A DNA stretch of 33,638 nt, taken from Candidatus Hermodarchaeota archaeon. Its GTDB lineage: Archaea; Asgardarchaeota; Thorarchaeia; Thorarchaeales; Thorarchaeaceae. This document shows positions 27,060 to 33,638 of this stretch, one piece after another. Position 1 is the first letter of the stretch. Each line of letters begins with the position of its first letter. The DNA lies in assembly GCA_048885865.1 (NCBI GenBank), contig JBHLLF010000025.1:4179-37816 (forward strand), read 5' to 3'. The notes under the pieces were generated by a model. It was not told where the DNA came from. It did no database searches and saw only the letters and a list, made by a program, of their open reading frames with translations. The position numbers and the translations under genes were made by a program.

Positions 27060-27514
27060 TTTTCCTGACAGTTGGAACAGCAATGTTCGACCCGCTCGTT
27101 AAGGTGATAGACAGACTCGTCGGAGAGGATATCATCAAAGAGCCTGTTGTGGCTCAAATCGGTCGTGGACAATATGAGCCAAAAAATATGCGATATTTCC
27201 GATTCATCAAATCACTCAATAAGGCATATGATGCCGCGGACATTATTATCAGCACAGGCGGCGCAGGCACAACCATTGAATGCGTAAGCAGAGGGAAGAA
27301 ACTGGTTGTTGTTGAGAATACTACTCTGATGGAGGGCCATCAAGCGCAATTAATCAGAGAGATGGCAAAGCGCGGACACCTAATCTGGTGTCGTGATCCT
27401 GATTCTTTGGAGGATTGCATTGAACAGGCACGAAATAAAACATTCACACCATTCATTTCGGATGAACCCAGGGCTCATGAATTCATCTTGAAGCTCATTG
27501 GCGAATCCAAATAA
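27056..27514 (+). CDS. alg13: ALG13-like UDP-GlcNAc transferase subunit (GT28 C-terminal / Alg13/CpsG/PssE family)
   Basis: 'IFLTVGTAMFDPL', 'QIG', 'ADIIISTGGAGT', 'VVENTTLMEGHQAQL'; 4-nt overlap with the alg14-like gene. Confidence 0.85.
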   Translation: MIFLTVGTAMFDPLVKVIDRLVGEDIIKEPVVAQIGRGQYEPKNMRYFRFIKSLNKAYDAADIIISTGGAGTTIECVSRGKKLVVVENTTLMEGHQAQLIREMAKRGHLIWCRDPDSLEDCIEQARNKTFTPFISDEPRAHEFILKLIGESK

Positions 27515-27516
27515 TA

Positions 27517-27541
27517 TTCCGTTGTTTGGCGCCAAACGGAA
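27517..27541. repeat. Inverted repeat containing the perfect 14-bp palindrome GTTTGGCGCCAAAC
   Basis: Palindrome at 27524-27537 flanked by TTCC...GGAA, just after the alg13 stop. Confidence 0.6.
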
Positions 27542-27743
27542 AGCAGTTATTCTAGCCTCGTTGTTGGGAAGAGTCCGATTTCATACCCAGATTGGTATGG
27601 ACGTATTGCACCAGCTACACGCTGCTATTGCCTGGATTTGATGTTCTCTTTATATTGAAAACCATAACCTTATTTCCATCGGAAACGAAGGTCAGTTGAT
27701 ACTGATTCCTCAGACAACACGAAAAACACCGAGATGAGACATC

Positions 27744-28502
27744 TTGAGCACGACAACAAAGAAGAAAAAGAAGAAGCCGGACCTGCTGAGACCCACTGGC
27801 GTGGGGCTATCAGTTAAGCTCTACAAATACGAAGGGACCAAGAGTAATGCTGCCCAAATCGCAACTGCGCTAAAGAAGGTGAAGTATGCACCAGAAAGCA
27901 ATAAACATGCTGGAGCCGGATTTGCCAAAGTGAGGGCTACCGGGAAGACTGTAGAGGGCGAGATTATTGCGGGATTCAAGGTGCCTGTTCTAACTTACGG
28001 TACTGGCGGCAGATTGGAACCAGTGCATTACATCAGTGTGAGCAAAGCGCAAGTGCTTGTCAAGACTGGAAAGGGCACTGTTGAAGTAAGAGGTTCAGCG
28101 CGTATCGCAAAGAAGTTCCAAATGCTAATGGAGGAACATACAGGTGCTAGGCTCACGCCCCTGAATCTCACTTCCGAAGCAGTGAAGGAGGTATACGGCG
28201 CTGCCACCGATATCGCATCTGTCATGCTATCCGGTGTCGAGAGAGGCAATCTCACACAAGCAGAGTTCCGCGGAATCTCGATAAAGAATGAAGCTGAGAT
28301 AGGTCTCTATACACGCAAATATAGAGGAGAGATCTCGCGCTTCCGCGGCACGTTTCCATACCCTAGCGGCGCTCAGCATACGACGACCGTCAATGCTGAC
28401 CTTGGTTCGTTGATGATCTATCGCAGCGGCGAAGGCATCGCAGAAAAGGACCTGAATTGGATTGTAGGATTGATGGAGGATGCCGCTCTAAACCAAGACT
28501 AA
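27744..28502 (+). CDS. Hypothetical basic protein
   Basis: 252-aa ORF with an N-terminal KKKKKK tract and an alpha/beta pattern. Confidence 0.8.
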   Translation: MSTTTKKKKKKPDLLRPTGVGLSVKLYKYEGTKSNAAQIATALKKVKYAPESNKHAGAGFAKVRATGKTVEGEIIAGFKVPVLTYGTGGRLEPVHYISVSKAQVLVKTGKGTVEVRGSARIAKKFQMLMEEHTGARLTPLNLTSEAVKEVYGAATDIASVMLSGVERGNLTQAEFRGISIKNEAEIGLYTRKYRGEISRFRGTFPYPSGAQHTTTVNADLGSLMIYRSGEGIAEKDLNWIVGLMEDAALNQD

Positions 28503-28562
28503 TCTTGTTGAGCCAGAACAGCCCTCCTAATCCTTGCTTACCCCCTCGGGAGCTAGCTTTAG

Positions 28563-28859
28563 CTACAACCATTCATCTGTATCTCTCTTAGCTCCGATGA
28601 TAGTCCGCGTGTTGTCAAGATAGAATCGTGTCTTATCTCGGAACTTAGGCCAGAATTCAAAGAAACGTTCGGGTTTCTCGACTTCTAGGAGAAGAAATCC
28701 ATTCCAATCGCTTCCCCATGCATGTCGATAATCTCCCAAGATTTTGATATCGCTAGGCCAATCATCCTTTGAAAAGACAGTCCAGAATTTCCTCGCCTTC
28801 TTTGCTTTTTCTTCGTCCATGAGTTGGAATCGGTAGAATACAATGAACGCATATGTCAT
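28563..28859 (-). CDS. Small protein, possibly ferredoxin-like dimeric alpha/beta barrel
   Basis: 'IKILGDY..WGSDWNGFLLLEVE' pattern typical of this fold; family uncertain. Confidence 0.6.
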   Translation of the reverse strand: MTYAFIVFYRFQLMDEEKAKKARKFWTVFSKDDWPSDIKILGDYRHAWGSDWNGFLLLEVEKPERFFEFWPKFRDKTRFYLDNTRTIIGAKRDTDEWL

Positions 28860-28929
28860 TTCAGTCCCCGAAAATCACATGCGTTCGGTGAATTAAAAAG
28901 ATTGAGCACCGGCAAGAAATTGGTGAGTC

Positions 28930-29661
28930 ATGTCTTCTAGAGAGCCTGACATTGCACGACGTGAATTCAAGCATGGGAAAGTTGCTTATGGCTTTCAATG
29001 GAATAAGACTCATCATGAACGCTTGGGAAAGCATGAGGGGGATCTAGCTTCTTTATGGGCTCATATGACAAATATCACATCTGGCAAGGTTCCGTCTGAG
29101 CCATTCTCTGACCCATTTTATGCGAGGGCTTCCTCTCTGAAGTTACCAATGATGAATGCTGCCAGGAGGGCAGCTATGAAGAACCGCTTGTTTAGAACAG
29201 GATCTGTAAAACGTTTCATGGATAGTGACCTCATTAGCAAGCTAAGAGAATACCATCGTTCAACCAACAATCTAAGTTACAACGCTGACCATGGAATAGT
29301 GAGAGAGTTCCTATACAATGATCCTAAAACTATCGCAATTGAAATCCCCGTGTGGTCTGAACGATATCGTCTGTCAGGGCATGTAGATCTCCTCAGATTC
29401 GTGGAAGATACTGTTGAGGTGTGCGATTACAAACCAGGGCCTATGCATTCTGCTAGCAATCGATTCTTGGAATCAATACCACAAATCGCGGCCTATGGTG
29501 AAATGATGGCACATCATCTTGCGGGCACTCTGAGAAGCGCGTTTGATGCACCCCTACTCCCCAAAATCCGCTGCTGTATCTTTGACACTCATGCATGCTG
29601 GGAGTTTGGTGCCGAGATGTTTGTGACCCTGATGGAATCGGGAAAGATATCTGGCTTCTAA
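28930..29661 (+). CDS. PD-(D/E)XK nuclease (RecB-like)
   Basis: 'IAIEIPV', 'SGHVDLL', 'VCDYKP', 'QIAAYG' RecB-family motif series. Confidence 0.8.
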   Translation: MSSREPDIARREFKHGKVAYGFQWNKTHHERLGKHEGDLASLWAHMTNITSGKVPSEPFSDPFYARASSLKLPMMNAARRAAMKNRLFRTGSVKRFMDSDLISKLREYHRSTNNLSYNADHGIVREFLYNDPKTIAIEIPVWSERYRLSGHVDLLRFVEDTVEVCDYKPGPMHSASNRFLESIPQIAAYGEMMAHHLAGTLRSAFDAPLLPKIRCCIFDTHACWEFGAEMFVTLMESGKISGF

Positions 29662-30494
29662 TTCTGCCCGTTCTTGACAACTGTCATAGTCACATTTTCT
29701 TCAATACTGAGCAATCCAGTGTCTGCATTCCGAGTTTTTAGTAGAATTGTAGGCCTCTGTGATACAAGTCCTTCTCGAACCCGTGAAAAGTAATTCTCGC
29801 TGAGTATGCCGAATCTACCAAGTGCGGGGTCAACCGGAACCCATCCTCGTTTCTCTAGGAAAATTTCGCACCATGCATGCGGTTCCGGCTTGGGTTTTTC
29901 TTTGAAGAAGTGGCCAATGACCCTTCTAGAGGGAATCTTGACCGCTCTTGTTAATGCAATGAATAGGTCTGCATGTTCATCACAATCCCCCTCCTTTTCC
30001 ACCGCAGCTCTTGCCGCTCCTATTCGTTCATCCAGGTGAGTCTTTAGCTTCACACGCTCTCGTACCACTTGAAAAGCCAGCCTTCCATATGAAAGATCTC
30101 CGTCACTCTTTTCTGCTATACCCTGAGACAACGTTTGAATGATTGGATTATCCAATTCCCAGTATTTTTGCATAGAGCTGTACATACCTATTGTCTGTTT
30201 CCTGATGGATTCTGGAATTGACTGTTGCTCGATTAGCCAATCTCTAGCCGTGGTATCAATTCGCAGAATCACGGTAGGGGAGAAAGCTTCACCGGGACTA
30301 ATCTCTGGAACCTTCATGACTGCAACAATATTCTTCTCAGCTCTCTCCATCACCCTGGCTGGAGGAAAGACATCAATCATTTCAACAAACTGATTGTCCA
30401 TGTCTGTAAAAAGATGCCAAATTAGCCGTCCATTACGAATCTTAGATTTTCCGCGATTTAGTACATCGGCTTGCATCTCAATACGTAGTCTCAC
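29658..30494 (-). CDS. Transglutaminase-like cysteine enzyme
   Basis: Catalytic triad motifs 'GDCDEHA..R..IPSRRVIG', 'HAWCE', 'GWVPVDP'. Confidence 0.88.
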   Translation of the reverse strand: MRLRIEMQADVLNRGKSKIRNGRLIWHLFTDMDNQFVEMIDVFPPARVMERAEKNIVAVMKVPEISPGEAFSPTVILRIDTTARDWLIEQQSIPESIRKQTIGMYSSMQKYWELDNPIIQTLSQGIAEKSDGDLSYGRLAFQVVRERVKLKTHLDERIGAARAAVEKEGDCDEHADLFIALTRAVKIPSRRVIGHFFKEKPKPEPHAWCEIFLEKRGWVPVDPALGRFGILSENYFSRVREGLVSQRPTILLKTRNADTGLLSIEENVTMTVVKNGQN

Positions 30495-30605
30495 TACCCA
30501 GCCTCACTCAATTCCAACAAGTCGTTCCTACTGCGAATAGATTTATGTGTTGTCTGCTACTCCAGACCTATTGCCTCAATGTTGATAGGTTAGTGAGGTT
30601 CGCTT

Positions 30606-32063
30606 ATGAGCAAAGATCCTAAGGACTCCCCCGAACGAATGGGAGTAGTCGACGAATTACTTGAGGAACTTGGTGTTGATGAAAGTCTGAAAAAAGATCT
30701 CATCGATTCAGGACGAATGCAGACTGATGTCTTCATGGTAGAGTCTGCAGAGCAAGTTCGCCGGCGGTTGGAGATAGAACGGAGTGCTGAAAGGCTCAGA
30801 GATAGTCTTGTCCTACTAGAACGCAACATGATGAATGTTGATGCTACCGTTGACAGGGTCGAACGTGACCTCGTACCGGTTGTACTCTCTTTCTTGGTTG
30901 GACTAAAGGGGAACCTTGTGAATCTTAGGACGACAATTATTAGTCGGAGCAAGCGAAGAGCTAAGACAAACCTGCAGGCTGCTTATGTTGATACCGAGGT
31001 CAAATCCATCGTTGAAGAAGAGTTCGAGAAAGTTGAGGAAACACTCACTACCGGAATGTCAGCTCCAATAATGGAGAAGGTGAAAGACATCACAGATGGC
31101 CTCAAGGGCTCTATGAAGACTACATTTGAAGAAATGACCACCCTAAAGACGAGCGTGGATGGTTTCACTCAGCGTGCAACAACAGAGCTTGAGTTTCTTT
31201 CCAAGGAGCTCTTGATGAAGCCGAAGGAAATCACTTCTGTTGAACTCACCAGCAAAGTTAAGGAGCTCGAAAGACAAGTAGAGGAGCTCACACGTGATTT
31301 GGGCGTCGCTGAGGAGCGCCTGAAGAATAGGGAAGAAGAGATTGCTAGAGTTCAAAGTGATTACATTGAATCCAAAGCCAAGGAGGATTTACTTGAAGAA
31401 ACCATTGCGAAGATGAAGGCGGCTCCTCAGGTTGATGCAGATGTTCTAGTTGACCTTCGACAAAAGGTGAAGTCTCTAGAAACCGAACGTGATCTTCTAA
31501 CAAAGAGAGTGGGAGAGGAAGAGAGTCGTGCTGCCACTGCGGAAACGGCGTCAGCTGAAAACCGATCAATGGTTTCAAAGAAGGAAATTGAGATTGGTGA
31601 CTTGAAAGCTCAAGTAGCTGGACTTCAGAGTCAAATCGATTCTACTAGGGAACAACTGCTTGAAGTTGACGATCTTCGAGCGCGCCTTCGATCATATGAG
31701 TCGGGAGACAAGATGCGAGAGCTTGAACGCTTGCATAGTGAATATGATCGAATCAATGCTACATTTGAAAGAATGAAGAAGGACCACGATAAGACCCTTG
31801 CACGCCTACGGTATACAGAGCTGCGCTTGGAGGGATATCTCGGGCTTATGGAAGCAACTGACAAGACAAAAGGCTTCCTAATGATTGAGGAGAATAAAGA
31901 GATGTCCGTGAAGGCGATAGCCAATTCATTGGGCGTGTCCCAACCTATAGTCAGGAAATGGGCTGAGGATTACCAGAAACTCGGTATTGCACAGATTAAG
32001 GGTGACGGAGAAACAATTGTCCTAGACAAGATGCTGATAGTGCTGGAAGAGGATGAGGGGTAG
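30606..32063 (+). CDS. Long coiled-coil protein with C-terminal winged HTH
   Basis: Heptad-rich E/K/L/R region over most of its length; C-terminal 'MSVKAIANSLGVSQPIVRKWAEDYQKLGIAQI'. No Walker A motif. Confidence 0.75.
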   Translation: MSKDPKDSPERMGVVDELLEELGVDESLKKDLIDSGRMQTDVFMVESAEQVRRRLEIERSAERLRDSLVLLERNMMNVDATVDRVERDLVPVVLSFLVGLKGNLVNLRTTIISRSKRRAKTNLQAAYVDTEVKSIVEEEFEKVEETLTTGMSAPIMEKVKDITDGLKGSMKTTFEEMTTLKTSVDGFTQRATTELEFLSKELLMKPKEITSVELTSKVKELERQVEELTRDLGVAEERLKNREEEIARVQSDYIESKAKEDLLEETIAKMKAAPQVDADVLVDLRQKVKSLETERDLLTKRVGEEESRAATAETASAENRSMVSKKEIEIGDLKAQVAGLQSQIDSTREQLLEVDDLRARLRSYESGDKMRELERLHSEYDRINATFERMKKDHDKTLARLRYTELRLEGYLGLMEATDKTKGFLMIEENKEMSVKAIANSLGVSQPIVRKWAEDYQKLGIAQIKGDGETIVLDKMLIVLEEDEG

Positions 32064-32067
32064 TAGT

Positions 32068-32523
32068 CTAGGCTTTCTGCACCTTTCTGAAGAATTGGAC
32101 TACCTCTAAGAGTCCGTCTATCTGCAACACAGTCTCGTAGAGCTTCTCAATCCATTCTGAGCTTTTCAAACTAGTCATATATTGCTTCATAGCGGGTCTC
32201 AAGACATCCTGCACGAAAGCCCTTCTCAGACATTCGAGGGCCTCGACCAGCTCAGAGCCTAGTTGACCAGACCTAAGAGCGTTTTTTACAGCAAGATACT
32301 GCTCTCTACATTTTTTCGATATGACGTGCTTTTTTCTAGGTTCTTCCAGAGCTTGCCTTGCTAGAGAGAAATACTGGTCTGTGGCTTTGTTGAAGTCAGT
32401 GACTGCTAGATACTTGGTTTCTGAACACTGGTTAAGGAATGGCCTAGTCCTGTGGGTAACTGAGCCAAACAGGCCGCTGAGTGTTTCGAGCTCCCTGGGT
32501 GTCTTCAACAGGAAAACCATCAA
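32068..32523 (-). CDS. Hypothetical helical protein
   Basis: 151-aa ORF convergent with the coiled-coil gene. Confidence 0.65.
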   Translation of the reverse strand: MMVFLLKTPRELETLSGLFGSVTHRTRPFLNQCSETKYLAVTDFNKATDQYFSLARQALEEPRKKHVISKKCREQYLAVKNALRSGQLGSELVEALECLRRAFVQDVLRPAMKQYMTSLKSSEWIEKLYETVLQIDGLLEVVQFFRKVQKA

Positions 32524-32615
32524 CCAATGGGTCTGAAATCATTTTAATCTTGACACCCCCCTTATTCTCACACACCATAAGACGAATAAGAATCAACGGA
32601 AACGATACCTTGATT

Positions 32616-33638
32616 ATGAAAGAAGCAGTGCTCTATTCCAGCCTGAAGGAAGGAGTCAGATGTGACCTATGCGCAAGAAGGTGTGTCATACGTGAGGGTG
32701 AAACTGGTTTCTGTAGAGTAAGAAGCTTGAAGGAATCCAAGCTATACACATCTGTGTATGGGCTAATTGATGGAATGGCAGCTGATCCAATCGAGAAGAA
32801 ACCATTGTTTCACTTTGCACCTGGCTCTAGAACATTCTCTATTAGCACCTCTTCGTGTAACTTCAGATGTCAATTCTGTTTGAACTATCATTCCTCCCAC
32901 CGTGATAGTCCAGTAGGTCGCCAAATGAGTCCTGAAGCAATTGTGAACCAAGCTGAACAGACAGAATGTGCTGGAATGACATACACATATACTGAGCCTA
33001 CTATCTTCATGGAGCTTGCATATGATACTGCAAGGATAGCAAACTCGAAAGGAATGTTCAACACATTTGTCACAAATGGCTACATGACAGTAGAGGCAGT
33101 AGACTACATCGCACCGTATCTTGATGCCGCATCTGTTAATCTCAAAGGAAGTGCCAACAAAGCGTTCATGCAGCAGTACATGGACGTCCCTAGGCCTGAG
33201 CCCATTTTCAATTCAATGATTCGCATGAAGGAGAGAGGTATCTTTATAGAAATCACAAATCTGATTATTCCCGAAATTGGCGATCATGAAAATGACACAA
33301 AAGCCTTAGCAGAGTGGGTTGTGGATAATCTTGGTCCTAGGACTCCACTTCACATAATTGCATTTTCTCCCACATTCAAGATTACGAACCTTCCCCGAAC
33401 TCCAGCAAGAATGCTGGAGAAGCACATCAAGATAGCAAGAGACGCCGGACTGACATTTGTTTATTCTGGAAACATAGGCGGACATGACTACGAGAATACA
33501 TACTGTCCGGAATGCGGCTACAGGGCGATAGAGCGCTACGGAGTATATTTGAAAAAGAACCATCTGAACAAACAAGGTAACTGCCCAAATTGCAATGCAG
33601 ATCTGAATATTCAGGGAGTGCAATGGATGGGCGAGGGC
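32616..33638 (+). CDS. amrS: AmmeMemoRadiSam-system radical SAM enzyme (runs off the window; not in ORF track)
   Basis: Hand translation: MKEAVLY..VRCDLCARRC..GFCRVR..DPIEKKPLFHFAPG..CNFRCQFC..TYTEPT..VTNGY..ENTYCPECG..CPNC. No stop codon before 33638. Confidence 0.88.
   Translation, partial: MKEAVLYSSLKEGVRCDLCARRCVIREGETGFCRVRSLKESKLYTSVYGLIDGMAADPIEKKPLFHFAPGSRTFSISTSSCNFRCQFCLNYHSSHRDSPVGRQMSPEAIVNQAEQTECAGMTYTYTEPTIFMELAYDTARIANSKGMFNTFVTNGYMTVEAVDYIAPYLDAASVNLKGSANKAFMQQYMDVPRPEPIFNSMIRMKERGIFIEITNLIIPEIGDHENDTKALAEWVVDNLGPRTPLHIIAFSPTFKITNLPRTPARMLEKHIKIARDAGLTFVYSGNIGGHDYENTYCPECGYRAIERYGVYLKKNHLNKQGNCPNCNADLNIQGVQWMGEG

Noticed and set aside
27524-27537. Resemblance of TTTGGCGC to the eukaryotic E2F site
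   Set aside because: A short motif found once downstream of a gene; coincidence is the likeliest explanation.
28930-29661. Cas4 / CRISPR association
   Set aside because: It lacks the Cas4 four-Cys Fe-S arrangement, and I saw no repeat-spacer array or cas genes in the window.
30606-32063. SMC/Rad50 or ESCRT-III assignment
   Set aside because: No ABC-ATPase motifs, hinge or zinc hook, and the length and pattern do not fit a Snf7 core.
32763-33623. Three short minus-strand ORFs at the right end
   Set aside because: They are antisense to the continuous plus-strand radical SAM frame, which the track missed because its stop lies outside the window.

Overview
Gene-dense archaeal chromosomal window. 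The protein content suggests an Asgard archaeon (Thorarchaeia-like); this is my inference, not a taxonomic search. I found no rRNA, tRNA, CRISPR array or intact transposase. The left arm (0.1-8.5 kb) carries a FlaJ/TadC-type platform protein, two small regulators, a 40-aa desulforedoxin-like gene missing from the ORF track, a polyprenol kinase-like gene and a CinA-N/HD pair. It also carries the strongest signal in the window: two tandem two-domain RNA polymerase subunit 5 genes. They appear to have the eukaryote-type N-terminal RPB5 jaw domain that canonical archaeal RpoH lacks, and they sit outside any rpo operon. The middle (8.6-27.5 kb) is a surface-glycan locus: AsnB-like amidoligase plus a decayed paralog, two GT2s, a UDP-HexNAc dehydrogenase, an apparently complete divergent pseudaminic acid pathway with a PseG-PseH fusion, a candidate nonulosonate transferase, a sulfotransferase and an ALG14/ALG13 pair. 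It is interrupted by two paralogous unknown membrane proteins and an FAD oxidoreductase/Fe-S-CCG-SCP2 pair. The right arm has a PD-(D/E)XK nuclease, a transglutaminase-like protein, a long coiled-coil/wHTH protein and a truncated AmmeMemoRadiSam radical SAM gene. All family calls come from motif recognition by eye; no database searches were run.
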